In this document: piece after piece, positions 23,894 to 37,221 of the stretch
Layout of the letters: each line of letters starts with the position of its first letter
Position numbering within the stretch: position 1 is the stretch's first letter
Origin: Marsupella aquatica
Taxonomy: Eukaryota > Plantae > Marchantiophyta
Assembly: GCA_973895155.1 (NCBI GenBank)
Contig: OZ316891.1
Coordinates: forward strand, 29,003,611-29,067,610
DNA: 64,000 nucleotides
Direction of reading: 5' to 3'
Notes under the pieces: generated by a model
Database searches by the model: none
Seen by the model: only the letters and a program-made list of their open reading frames with translations
Told to the model about the DNA's origin: nothing
Program-made: the position numbers and the translations under genes

Positions 23894-26244
23894 AATTTCA
23901 AAATGGCTACTTCACCCCGTGGCACAACAAAGGACACAAAGGAATATTCATTCAAACAAAACACAAACTGATTGACAATATGCAGACGGGTGTGCAGAAT
24001 TACAATGAAGGGTTTCAACTTATAATAGGCATATGTATTATAAAATCCACCATGTAGTAAAGTGGTTCAACGTTCATTGCAAGCCCCCAGTGAGTGCCCT
24101 GACTTCAGTAATATCACTCATAGTCACTTCAATCAGCATTCCTAATGGCCTTACAAAGTTTCTTGGCACTGCCCTGTTTATGTGAACTCACGTTGTGCTA
24201 GATTTGGCTGGTGTATAGTAAGGTGCAGTACTCAAATTTTGTGGAGTTGTATTGGATCGGTGTTGGATCTGCCTGGTATGTGGTAAGAACTGGTACTACC
24301 GCTTGCTTTAGGAGTCCTGCAAGCTCGACAATCATGCTATAGGTAGAGGGATGTGTGGGGCGTCCACCAAAGTCAATTTATCTAGTATCACATCATTCCT
24401 GTTCTGATGTTCCGAGGACAACCTCTGCTTTGGGAGTGCCCTCCATCATGGCATGCAAATACCCAGCTTGGTGACTTTTGGTCAAAGCTCTAAATTCAAC
24501 AGCTGAGCACCAAAGCAGCACAGAAGCCATGTCCCACAAGTTCACATGAAGAGGAAGCACTTCTCCATGAATAGCATAAAAATGATGAGCCTAAAACAAA
24601 AATTTCCATATACTTAGGAGGCTTGTCATGTTTGGGACATGGGCCAAACTCGAGTGACTTTGAGCAAAATTGACCACTGGGTACTCTATACGAGCATCCT
24701 TGATATACAAATTTCCGAGGGTAAGGATTAGGGGCAACATAGTTGGCTATCCACACTAATGCTGCTAGAAAGGTCATCATGATGTCTTTGCACCTACTAT
24801 TGTCCACTTAAGACAGGCAAGTCCACTGGGCCATCTCTTCCTACGGCAAGAAAAAATTTGATTCAGGCCCCGGGCATTTCTATGCATGGTACATGACTAT
24901 TGACAGAAGTGGACATACAAATCATGACTAGAGAGAGAAGTAAGTAGGAACTTACTACTTATTCTGGAATGAAGCTCCTGATGTTTGCATTGCTCGTTGC
25001 ATTGGTGTCCCCGGGGGTGTCCCCTGGCTTTTAAGCTCCCAATGTTTGCTTTGCTTCACTGCTATCAGGTATGGACCACAACTTTGAACTCTGACCTAGT
25101 AGTGTGGAAAGAAGGTATGGCTGCTCTCTGTCAACTTCCACTTACGTTCTCCAAATGATGGAGAGTGGGTAGTATGCACCTCCAACAACAGCTATGGCAA
25201 TAGCAGAATGTTTCCAGTTGTAAAAGGGCGAAAGCTGGAAAGACAAAGGAAGCCCAACAAACAATTAAAAAAAACACCTACTGACCGTTTGGGCCAAACA
25301 GTCCCCGGGAAACGGTCAAATCCCGCGACTGGAGTGTGTTGGGTAGGGGGAGTGCCGCACGCTTTTTAGCCACCCCTGTCCGAACCCTCGTCCGAACCTG
25401 AAATGGTTGCCCATCAGAATGGCCTGGGCCAATATTTGAGACCCCCTAGTGTAAGTCTCCTGTCCACGTTCCAATTCTCAAAGATACAGGGGGATTTATA
25501 CCACAAGTTCCCAAATAAAAGCAGTCCGGATCATTATTTGAAAGATTATATTGTAATTTCTTCTATGACTGTCATTTGACTAGCTAAATATAGGGGTGCA
25601 ATAGACAGCTCAATAAGTAAAGCTAGGTGAAATCATATTCCACAAAAAACTGCATTCAAAAATGGTTCAGAGTTTTTAACAAATCACAGGCCAAGAAACA
25701 AGTTTTTAAGGGTACCAGGGACCTATGATGGGTTGTCTGCAGGGTAGGTCCTAATGTTCACCCAGGCAAATGAACATTTTACTGGTTAGCCCCATGTATT
25801 GTGGCACCTGTGGTGTAAGAAAAAGTATACCTATTATCATACTGTCAAAAAACAAAAGGTGCCCACTGGGGAAACATGATTCCAAGGACAAGAGACCCAA
25901 TAAGGGAAAAACCATGGAAGATCCAAAGGCTAGAGAGTCCCAACGAGAGTTATCCTCATTTGCAAGGAAAAGTGGTAAGTAGTTAGAGGAATATAAATTG
26001 TTAATTGATCTTTATGAGTGTCATCCTTTCTGACTGGTGTCCTGCCTGGTGAGCTTTTGGGATTTTGGGGATTGTTGCTGGGTTTCCTTTATCTTCTCTC
26101 CTTTATTGGGCCACTTGCCTTTGGGTTTCTACTTCCAGGTTGGCCCATTTTGTTCTTTGCCAATGTAATATAAAAATAAATAAATAAATAAAAATATGTA
26201 TAGTCAAATATCATGACTTACCACATATTTTAGATTATTTATTA

Positions 26245-26524
26245 CAGTGCCACTTTTTTTTGGTCATGCGTAGTGATCAACTCTGACTAACCACAAAAGA
26301 TCCTACAGCCCTTAGATCGCACATAGGAGAATCTAACAGTTCCCATCACCCTCAATAGCAGATTGTACCCCGGGGCGCCTCCTCTGCCCTCCTCTGCCTC
26401 TGTGAATCTGACCAGAGGGTGATAAAAAGCATTGGATGGCTTGATGTGACAACCTCAGGACACTAAGATCTCTTGTGGCTAACCCAGCTTCAGTCAGTTA
26501 ATCCGCGACAAAACAGTGGCACTA
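26245..26524. mobile_element. About 280-bp MITE with long imperfect TIRs
   Basis: CAGTGCCACTTTTTT..GGTC versus GACAAAACAGTGGCACT, and an inner CCACAAAAGATC versus GATCTCTTGTGG. The left end follows TA; the right TSD is unclear. Confidence 0.55.
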
Positions 26525-29285
26525 CAGTACATTGTCCACTGCAATTCGTGTTAGTCACACTAATTGTGTGGCACTACTATACATTGCAATTAGTGTTAAT
26601 AACACTAGTTGCATAGCCCTTTAAAATTGAAGTCTCAGATGAAATAATGTGTCACATTATTTCAGGTGTCACACTAATTAGAGTTCACAAGAATTCGCAC
26701 TTAGTTTTGGTCTCATTAATTGAGGTGTTCGCCTTGAATATTGCACACTTAGAATCGAGGCACAAAACTGAGACTCAAGCAGACTCTCAATAGAAAGTAA
26801 ATAGTGTGACTTTACATACGTAATTAGTGTGATTCAGGCTAGAAAAATGTCCACACAATTTAGTGCGAATCACTCTAATTTTTGTGTCACACTAACTATA
26901 TACTCACAGTCACTATCTACGGTGAACAGTGTAGTTAATCTTAAATGATGGCAATGGAATCCCAAATTGAATAGCTCTTATATTTTGGATTGATTTCTAC
27001 TTCACCATGTGCCTAGTGCATTTTGGAGGAACAGAACCAAGCTCACATCCCAGCTCAACAGGTTGCATCTGGAGGTTGAGAAAGTTTGTAATTGATTGAG
27101 CCAAGGTGAAGGAGTACATCTCATGCGAAGAAGGAGATGTTCCTCCTAGGCCCATCTTTAGTTTCATAAGAAAGTTGACTCAATCAGATGAATATGTGGG
27201 GCAAAAGTTTTCCAGGAAATTGACCCCTGCTGTCTGACTTTGTTCTGATTTCTGACTTTTCTCAGCTTCTCTTACTCTGACCACTAATTAGGGCTTAGCC
27301 TCCGCCCCCCCACCGCCCCCAAGAAAGATAAAATAAAGAAAGAATAGTTTGGGTCAACAAGTCTTGCACAAACTCCTGCCATGGAACCCATTGTAATATT
27401 GCCATGGGACTCACACCAATTGACCCCATGGAATCTACACTGATTGTCACCTAGAACCCAAACTAATTTCTGCCATGGACCAAGGCCCCTTTCCACCCAC
27501 ACTATCCCCACAGGGCTGCCCATACTATACTAAATTTCTTTTTGCAGCATGATTCTTGAGCATGCACTAATTGTCAATCTATTGTAGAAGTAGTACTGTA
27601 GTAGTTGTTGGGTGTACATATTTGTTTACTCATAGCACCCAATAATCCAATGTGGAACATGCTGTAAGGACAACCATTGGTCTGTGCCACGCCCTTTTTT
27701 TTCTTTTGGCCCACATTAATTTCGAACCCACGTTTACTGCACAATCTAGTATAAGCCATTGTTGTCGGTGTTGTCGGTGTACTTACCAAAACCCAAATCT
27801 CTCTATTTTGCTTGCCACTACTGCAGTATCCGATAATCCAAACGTGGAAGGGTGTAAAGCTGAAAACAACTGACAGGTAAAAGACTGACGGTAGAGTGCA
27901 CAGCATTAACACATGTCTCTGGTCAAAGTGACAGACGAAGCTGAAGATGCAGCGAATCATCATGTCATCATAATTCTGTATTATAATTCTGTTCTTCTTC
28001 TCTTTTCCCTGGAAATGCTCGAACTGTTCACACCGAATCGTGTGGTTTTAGGAGTGTCTGAAAACCCCTCGAAATGCTGTGGAACTATTCATTCACAGCG
28101 AATTGATTCAGTGCTTTGGGAGTCATTACTGAAATTCAGCCGAGATCCTCGACTTTCGAGAGCACGGACCCTACAGTTGGGGGGCGAGAGAGAGTAGTGG
28201 GCGACAGGGATGAGAGAATCTCAGTCAGGCCGATGATGGGAAGTCAAATTGGACAGAGAAAGCACGTAGAGCGGAAAACGGTAATGCTGGGTCAAGTTTA
28301 GAGTAAAAGGCGTAAAAGTGTAACGCGCTGGACAGGGTGGTAGGGCCAGACAGGGATGGAGAATTGGAGAGATATGGATCTGATGATGATTGTATTATTG
28401 GGTCTCCTGCTCTGCAATCCCAAAAATCTGTCACTCTGCTGACCATCATCATTGGGGGAGGGGAGAAAGAGCCTGAGAGAGCGAGACAGAGGCATTGTGG
28501 CATTGACCTCAACCGGTGTTGCAGCAGCAGATCGAGGACGTGTGACAGCCGCAATAGCATAGCAGAGGTAGCAAGCAGGGCAGGACTGGCAGTGTGGTTG
28601 TTCACTAGTCAGGACAACATCTCTCTCGTAGAGACGAACGGGAGGCGAAAGAGAGGGAGCGAGGGTGGTAAGGAGAGGGGGAGGGGAGAGGGAGGGCACA
28701 AAAGAGGGGGAAGGAATTGTGCAGGGGAGGTGGGAGCTGGCCGGTGGCAACGTGTCTGGAAAAGGACAGTCCGTGCTAAACATTCCACGAAATTGGCAAA
28801 CATTTGTAGCCTTTCTCGAGTTTCGTATCATTTGTCCGTGAAGATTCCGGCGTTCTGCTGTGTCCGTTTTGGCGACAGGTGACAGGCAGAGTCGGGTGCT
28901 TTGGAGGCGGTACATCACTGGAGGACAGGCCACAACCCGAACATTCTCATTCTGGGTAGATTGAGATCGGTGGCTGATGTGATGATTTCAGCAGTTGTCA
29001 TATTGTGTGCATTGTGACAACTCGACTGGAAGATTGACTAACGAGGTACCGTTCTATAGTTCCAGCCTATCAGCGAGGTCTGTGAGTAGAACGAGGAGAG
29101 TTCTCTGCAGATGATAGCTATATTGTTGCCCCGCATCTATATGTTGAGATCTTGTCTGATGTGTACAATCTGGTGGTGGTGGATCTGCCCATGTCAGTTT
29201 TGATATCTATTCAGGGAAACAATATTCAAGACGGCGATGATGTGGGAGCTTTCGTAACAGCCGTCGAGAGGCAGGCTGCCCGGTG

Positions 29286-32200
29286 ATGGGGTGGAGATAT
29301 AAGACTGGGTTGCTTCTCATAGCTTCGGTGGTATTGATATGGGTAGCATCCGCGGAAGTAACACAGGTGTGTGTGTGTCTGCAGCCCCTCCGATCCTATT
29401 AGCTATTCTTTCACAGCATGCATGATTTCCACAGCTGAGAAGGAATACAGATCTTGAGTTTAATCTCCATTTTACCTGGACTAAGGTCCGGATCGTGTGA
29501 TGGGTGTAACATCAGCGAGATCTATCATTGCTCCTGATTTGTCCACTGGGATTCTAGATCTGGCCTGAGCCTGAAGTCTCAAGAGTCACGTTTGAGTCAA
29601 GATGTGAGCTGCAGTTGTAGCCCATCGCGCGCGGACCAAACTGGGCATTGAGTGCTATCAAGCACAGACCCCCACATCGAATTCCACTTGATGTTTGATG
29701 TGGATGCATGAGTTCTTCTGATAAACTTTACCCCCGGATTTTGAGTCTTTCATCACGTAGGTGACTCATGAAAGCCTCCTTGGCATCTGTGGAGATCTGA
29801 CATCCTGTCTGCATGGAATGAAGTTCCAGTGTTGAAATATTCCACTGGGGTTTTGCATCGTGAGACATGCCTTCACAGTGGCAGTCCTCTGATATAGTGT
29901 CCGTCCGGCATTGCCTTCCTACTTGTGTGGTAACTTCTAGTAGGTTGAATCCCGATTTACAGTTTTAAATATGCTGAAGGCGGTGGAATATCGATTTTGA
30001 TTTCAAGGGGATCCTGCCGTTATGGCTCCCTCAGGTGCCCAAATTACTGAAATCTGAATCCCGACAAGCAGAATGAGAAGTCGGTGGACCTCGCAAATTG
30101 GGTCTGAAAAACCGTTCTTCTTACTTGACATACGCTTGCCGAAGCCGTGAATATGTAGACCGTTCAAATTCCCGAGTTGATGTTCTTCTCAGAAGTAACC
30201 TGATACTCTTCATCCTGTCGTGCAGAGCATCTTTGCAGCCTACCGCCACCCCTTTGTTCTCACTTGGTTGGGAGCATCTCTTCTGGTTGTATATTTGCCC
30301 GTTTCGATCGCTAGGGAGACAATATGGAAATGTGTGAAAGGAGCGCGCAGGGATCCGAAGGAGTATTTCGAAGGTCTCAATGGATATAGTACCGGTATAT
30401 ACGAATCTCCCGTGAAATCCCCTCTGAGAAATGGGGTGCGGAAGGGTTCAGACCTGGAGCTGCATCATCTTACAAGAAAAGACTCTGACCTTGATGTGGA
30501 GGGTGAGGAGGGCAGATTTCTATTGCAAAATCTTGCCGATAAACACAACGCAGAAGTTTTTGGGTGGGATCTTGTCAAAATTGGATTCATCCTTGCTCCG
30601 TTGTGGTTCTTGACAGAGGTAATGTGCTGTTAGATTGTGTTTGCTGCAGTCTTCAGTGATTTCGGAGGGTCTCGACGGACGATGCTCTTATGTTTTTGTC
30701 CTCCAAGTGAGCGATTTGATAAAGGGAGATTTTCATAGGCTATGAAAGAAAAATTGAATCGAATCCTTACCTGGGTGGCCGCGTAGTTTAGTAAAAAATG
30801 GCGAAAGGTTGGTGAGACCGATTAGTCGGCCCGTACCATCAGGTCGTCAACAATCATAAGCACGCGTTGAAAAATGCGCCAGGACTAATTGAATTCAACT
30901 GTTCTGGGTACAGTACTTGTCAAATGCTGCATTGGCGCTCACAAGTGTGGCAAGCACAACTATTCTTTCGTCTACGGCTGGTCTGTTTACGCTAGCGTTT
31001 GGAACAATTTTGGGTCAGGAGTCCTTCAACTTCACCAAGGCTATTGCAGTTATGATCAGTATAACAGGGGTGGCTATGACAACGTTGGGCAAGACATGGT
31101 CTACAGACGAGGTCGAGATCTCAGATGCAAACAAGTAGGTCTCGTCACTTGACATTGTCAATTTGTCGCGCCGAAGCAATGTGGGGTAAATCCGAAGTGC
31201 TAGAAATGTGGTCTCAGGACGAATCTTATTTGATAGTTGCAAAACGCTAAGCCTACTCCCATCTTCCACCTCCATTGAAAACTCATTCCAAATGGTTTGT
31301 GACCACGTTGCAGCGCACAACATTCCTTTTGGGGGGATGTACTTGGGCTTCTCTCAGCTGTGTCATACGGAATTTTCACAAGTAAGTAGCAAAATCACTC
31401 AAGAGATGCCACGCCAATAATTCAGAAGGCCAATTAGGTAGGAAAGACGGTGTTTTAAGTTCTCTATTATAATACTTGTTTCTTGAATATCAAATGGGAG
31501 GTCTGGTTTTTGTACCTAATTTTTGTGCAGTACTCCTGAAGAAATATGCTGGTGAGGAGGGAAGTCGGGTGGATATCCAGAGGATGTTTGGCTATATCGG
31601 ACTGTTCTCACTGTGTGCGATGTGGTGGTTAGGTGGGTGTCGTTAATGTGAACCACCTGCTTTTATGATGAAGTGATGTTGCTGATTTTACGTAATTGGA
31701 AACTCTAGCAAAGGGCATTATCCATCTCCTGCGAGCGGGGCGTTATGTTCAAATTTGACAACATTCTTCTTGTGCAGTTTGGCCTCTCAGTTGGATCGGA
31801 TTCGAGCCAACATTCAGCATACCAACACAATTGAAGACTGATGAAATTCTTTTGGCCAACGGGATTCTTGGAAGCGTACTCTCTGATTATCTGTGGTAAG
31901 TTCTGAGTTCTTCTTCTTTGATATATTTCTTCTCTTCAGGGAGGGGCTTAATTGAAATGAAACCTTCGTTCTGTTTTGTTGGCTGAGAGAAATGATAAGG
32001 GTACCTTGCCTTAGAGATATAAATGTGCCGGGGTATTAACAACCACGTGTCCAAGGTCATAGATCTGCAAGGGTTTCAGTTATGGGAGCTTGTCACTGGA
32101 CTTTGCCAGCTTGAAAGTGATTCTCGGTCGGTTTGCACCTGTGTTGTTCCCATTTGATCTTTAGGAGAGCTTTGCGGGCAATAAGAGCTTTACGACATTG

Positions 32201-32633
32201 AATTTGCAGGGCAATGTCAGTTGTGTGGACGACACCTTTGGTTGCTACATTAGGGATGTCCCTGACAATCCCCTTAGCAATGGTGGCCGACATGATGGTT
32301 CATGGTCGTCATTACTCCGCCATTTATGTTCTTGGTTCCATTCAGGTATGAGAGACTATAATAAGCTATCTCTGGATATAAGTATATGAGAATTGGGGGG
32401 TTACACAAACCATGCTCAGACGGCACACAGATCTTAAGAATATCAAGCGGCGGGATATGATTAAGCTCACGAGTGGATTGATAGCTTTACTAACGACCAA
32501 GTCCGCTAGATCAGGCATATCTTTCCAATTTGTGACTCTTTCAACTACTGATTATGAGATTCTGCTGCAGGTGTTTGCAGGATTTGTCATCGCCAACATC
32601 ACAGATCAATGTTCACAAAAGGTTGGGCTGTAA
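29286..32633 (+). CDS. EamA/DMT-family transporter, THI74/SLC35F5-like; exons 29286-29366, 30226-30618, 30914-31134, 31314-31381, 31531-31632, 31778-31895, 32210-32345, 32571-32633
   Basis: MGWRYKTGLLLIASVVLIWVASAEVTQ, HPFVLTWLGASL, APLWFLTEYLSNAALALTSVASTTILSST, GDVLGLLSA, GSVLSDYLWAMSVVWTTPLVATLGMSLTIPLAM. Introns are GT-AG and phase-consistent. Confidence 0.94.
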
Positions 32634-33306
32634 AATATAACATATTTCATTCTTGAAAATAGAGTAGACTTCAAATTTACCACTGAGAAGACATGTGGTT
32701 TTCCCTATCCTCCACATGGGTGACTAGTCCACTACCCTCTGGCTCGTAGATGTCATGCAATAAATTTCATGCATAATCAATACCAGTATTGGTGATTAGT
32801 GTCAAAACAACGCTGGTTCTCTTCCTGATGCATCTCTCGACGCAAAGCGAGATCGTGAGCTCGAGAAATTCCTACACGCTTTGTGATCATCCGTCACGTG
32901 TGCTTAGATCCTGAAACTACTTGTTACAGGATAGGAATTGCCCAGTGGAAGAGCAGGAATGACCCATTGCGTAGCTGGCAACTGGGGCCTTCATGTAAGA
33001 TGTTAGAATGATACACCACTTTCTCCTTACCCGAGTAGGATAGGAGGCATTTTTGGATCCGGCAGTCTTACGACGGGAAGATCGTTTCTATCTGGAAGTG
33101 TACAGTTGGTCTGACGTGGGTCCTTTCAATGAAATAAAATTAGATGTGTGGGGTAATCTATCACCTAGATGGGATAATGGGATGTAATCCCTGAGCGCCG
33201 CACTAGGGGGTACAGCCCATTATCCCCAAGTGGGGATGAGTCACTGAGCCTCGAGTGAATTTTTGAAACATTCACGGAACCTTTACACTCCCAAAGTGTC
33301 ATCTGC

Positions 33307-33668
33307 CATTGTTTGTCACTTTATCTGTATTCTTATTTGAGAATCCCCAGGCCAGGCTCCCCAGGCCAGGCTAGTACAGGGATTCTATGGTTCACCCAAT
33401 GGGTAATGCCTCATAACCATCTCAATAATTACAAAGAATACCCACTGGGTTTACAAAGTCCTTTGGTAGCTAAGAAGTCATTGTTTCAAGTCCTTTGGTA
33501 GTTAAGAAGTCATTGTTTGTCACTTGTGCCTTATCTGTATTCTCATTCAAATTTGAGAATCCCTGGGCCAGGCTACCACAGGGATTTGATGGTTCACCCA
33601 ATGCGTTAAGCATCTCAAGAATTACAAAGAATACACAAGGGGTTTACAAGTCCTTTGGTAGCTAAGAA
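33307..33668. repeat. Imperfect tandem duplication, about 205-bp period, with internal mini-duplications
   Basis: CATTGTTTGTCAC...GGTTCACCCAATG...GTCCTTTGGTAGCTAAGAA occurs twice. Confidence 0.82.
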
Positions 33669-33885
33669 TTTGATCTCCTTTGACTCTCTGACTTTGCGCA
33701 ATTCATTTTTCTGGGCAACTTTATGTACCGCTCTTGTAGCACCCAGCCATTACTTCAATTAAAAGATCTTTCTCATGAGATTTCTTTGACAAATAGTATT
33801 TCACTAATATGTTTAACCCTCTCTGGGTCAACATCCAGTTCTATTAATCCAAACATGATGCCCAGAAGCGTAGGAAGCAGGTTGA

Positions 33886-34174
33886 ACTGTAGTTGTGGAG
33901 TCATGACCACCTTAGGGATGATCCTGTTGGAATTGCCAACACAATATGCCAACATGCTGTCCTAATTAAAGGATAGGAAGAAGATGGGACTGGATTCATA
34001 CCTACCTACCAAAGTGACCATCATGTGACCACTGTAGTTGTGGAGTCATGACCACCTTAGGGATGATCCTGTTGGCATTGCCAACCCAATATGCCAACAT
34101 GATGTCCTAATTAAAGGATAGGAAGAAGATGGGACTGGATTCATACCTACCTACCATTTAAGTGACCATCATGT
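33886..34174. repeat. Near-identical two-copy tandem repeat, about 145-bp unit
   Basis: ACTGTAGTTGTGGAGTCATGACC...AAGTGACCATCATGT occurs twice. Confidence 0.92.
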
Positions 34175-34191
34175 ATGCCCAAAAACGTAAT

Positions 34192-34374
34192 AGTGGGTCT
34201 CAAAGCTCAAAATTTGATACTTAAGTAGTAGCTAAGTTATGGACAGAATCATGATCACAAGTCACTGTAGAGGCTAGTGATAAAAACCCTTTTGCATGAC
34301 TTCGTGAAAAAGCTATGGCCATTTTTTTAGGGCCAAAAACCATCATCCGTAACTATGATGGTTTGAGACTCCCT
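34192..34374. mobile_element. 183-bp MITE related to the 22088-25447 element
   Basis: TIRs AGTGGGTCTCAAA / TTTGAGACTCCCT, AAT duplicated on both sides, and the interior TTTGAT..CTTAAGT.GTAG..GTTATGGACAG is shared with the large element's left end. Confidence 0.8.
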
Positions 34375-36893
34375 AATAGTTTTAGGTTCAAATTGTGGTG
34401 CAAAGCTATACATAATTTACCTAGATTTCATTTGTTTAAACTGATCACCAGTGTTTTAAGTCATTATGCTTAATAAAATACTGTTCAAATATGCATAGAA
34501 TAGGAAGAAGGTGTGGCTGGATTCGGGGCTGGATTAGTAACCACAGTAGGACTATCAGGTATGGGCAAAAACTGGACTGGATTCAAAACTCCCATATTCA
34601 TAACCCTGAGTATTCCCAGAATCTTAATATTTTTAGGTTCAATTATACCCAGATTTCAAATTTTTTTAAAACAATGTATACACTTATACACCAGTGTTCT
34701 ACATCAGAATGCCTAATATATTCCTTAAATGTGCTTAGCAATTTGTTTATCCAAGTTTTACAAACACTACCTCCAAGGGATTGAAGTTTTCAGTGACTTC
34801 TTAGTTATTGAGTGAATCTGATGGTGTGTAGGGTATTATGAGGTGTAGTGAGGCAGCTTATTCCGCGAGTCTCCTCACTAGGAAAACACAATTTTGTTGA
34901 GTAAGGTAAAGGCCAGGCCTTTGGTTAAAATTAACATGGAGGATATTCTGGGAGCTCTGAATGCCCTGACAGCCTGTCCAGGGAGTTTACAATGTATGCA
35001 GGGAGAGTGTTTGATGTTATACAATCTACACACCGTAAAATCCAATCCCACCCATTCTGACTGATTGCCTGTCAGTTTGCAGAGTTGCCATTTGGGTGAA
35101 AAAAATCCTAGCTAGTTGTTTGCTGAAAAAAATGGTTTTTTGGACCGTTCAATCAGCCAAATATCCCTCCCCGACCTCTCCCTGTGTGCCTCCCCCCCCT
35201 CACAATTTCTGGCCTTCTTAAGCACCCTCTACCTTGTTGTCCACGCCTCTCCTTCCGTGCTTCACCCTTGCCCTGTTTGCCTCACCATCTGTGCCTTGCC
35301 ATCCATGCCTCACCCTCCACACCTTATCCTCGCTAATCATGCAACAGAGAGGCATTGGGCTTATACAAACAAAAGAAGCTAGGGACATAAAGGACACATT
35401 TGTCTATGTATCACTCTCATATGGTGGCTTTACAAGATGTTGGGGAAGTTTCTTCTCTATTCTGATGTCTAAGATTCAATCCGGGTTGTCCAATCCGGGC
35501 TGTTTCTTTCATTCACCCTGCCGATCCTACATGGACTCGAGTGGGGGTCAACTTTTGCAGAAGTGGAGCTAGTAGTTTTTGTCCAGAATTTTAGACCACT
35601 TGCCTTGGAGGTCTCGTCATCTGGACACTCGGTCCATTCCTATTCTGGGCAGGTTTCAATAAATGTGGACCCGCACAAACCGTGCTCGTTGCCGCTGCAA
35701 GATGGCGGGCAGGGAGCAAGAGGGACGCTGTGGGTGAATTTGCAGTTTCAAACATTGATGTCAAATTTGTAGAATTTTAATTAATGGGCCCCAGTGGAGC
35801 TACTTCACAGAGGTATTGTAAGATTGCTCAAGTTTTCAGAAATTCCTTCAGGTTGATCTGCACATTTCTGTCAAAGGATATGGAGCACTCTGCTTTCCGG
35901 GCTTGGCAACAAAGCCGTCACATACAGAGAAATGGAGTTTGCACACAATGGCATTCTGGATGCAGGTATCAAGGAGGGGACTCCTCTCTACCAGGGAAGG
36001 CAATAGGTTTCTTCTCCAATGAGGAGTTTGAAAGGGCAATGAATGAAGCACCTTACCCATTTATTTCATTTCATGCTAACGGGCACCATGGGCAATCCTT
36101 TCAATCATCCTCGTTCCCTTCTCCTGCTCTTCCCCTTGATCCATAGATGCCCACTCCATGGGGCCTGGCAAGAAACTGTTAGTGCTTGTAAAGCCCCCTT
36201 AGTAGAAGGAAGGAGGCCCAAAAGAGGATTGGTAGGAAATGTCAAATAGTAGGGATTGAGTAGTGTAGTGTGTGGTCAAGATTACTCATACATTCATATG
36301 GCTTGGTCATCTCTTCAAACCAAGATCAGGTCTGGTCCTATCAAGATACAGCTAATGTCCTCCTCGTCTCCCACAGCCAATTTGGGTAGAGCTTAAACAT
36401 ACTGTAGTGGTGACTTATTGCAATTATCAAGTGCAAAAAGTTATTTTGACTTGCGTGCTTCCACACTACTTTTGAGAGTGGCGATTAAAATTTTTCCCAA
36501 TCAAAACGTTTTCTCAGCCTATTCTCCTGGACAGTATTTTGCTTCCTCTGAGCCAACATGTGTTTGAGGCCAATTTCAACAAATAACACAGTTTTTCAAT
36601 TAAAGATAGTTTGATTCATTCAAAGTTTTCTAGGTTGTTGTGTCTGGAATCATCCTCCTCATTTCCGCAAACTGCCGGCCTAATTTTCCAGCCCATTGCC
36701 CACAGAGGCATGGCTGCATGGTAACTCACTTGAGTTGAGATTCATAGGTCTAGAATTCAAATGTTGTGGTTGACTGTTCACTTCCTACGGGGTTTCACAG
36801 ATTTTCACTTAAAATATTAAAAACAAAAAAACTTCCAGCCCACCATTTTTAGAGTTCCCTGAATTGTCCTCCCATGATCACGTAACTGAACCC

Positions 36894-37221
36894 TGTTAGG
36901 TATTTACTCAAGGTCTAGGGTTATGACATATAACCGTAGTCAAAGACGTGGTTAGGTTAACTAGGATGCACACTATATGCCAAGCGGTGTTTGCTTGGAT
37001 AAGTGGAACTTAGGCTCATTGTTATGGAGCCACTTGAGAGATGAGGAGAGCTTACACTTTGGAGACTTGGTATAGCCGAAGGGCTTAGAGTTCAGTAAAG
37101 CTCTCTTGTGTGTTCCCATGGATGTAACCTTGAGGAGGTGAACCATGTATCTCTTGTGTTGACTACTTGCGCATTGAATGTGTCATGTGCTTACCATTGC
37201 GATTATCATCTATGCTCAACA
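36894..37221 (+). mobile_element. 328-bp Copia-type solo LTR
   Basis: TGTTAG...TCAACA ends, AACCC duplicated at 36889-36893 and 37222-37226, and the Copia LTR-like motif CCCATGGATGTA...GAACCATGTATCTCTTGTGT. Confidence 0.88.

Larger units (their letters stand above)
22088..25447 (-). mobile_element. 3.36-kb PIF/Harbinger-group (Pangu-like) transposon, decayed
   Basis: TIRs AGGGGCTCTCAAA / TTTGAGACCCCCT (12/13), AGT duplicated at 22085-22087 and 25448-25450, and an enclosed DDE_Tnp_4-type transposase remnant. Confidence 0.8.

Noticed and set aside
28298-28933. 211-aa and 181-aa overlapping ORFs
   Set aside because: No ATG start, no recognisable domain and low complexity; expected by chance in GC-rich leader sequence.
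35500-36330. Possible decayed transposase or gene fragment
   Set aside because: No diagnostic motif in the frames I read.
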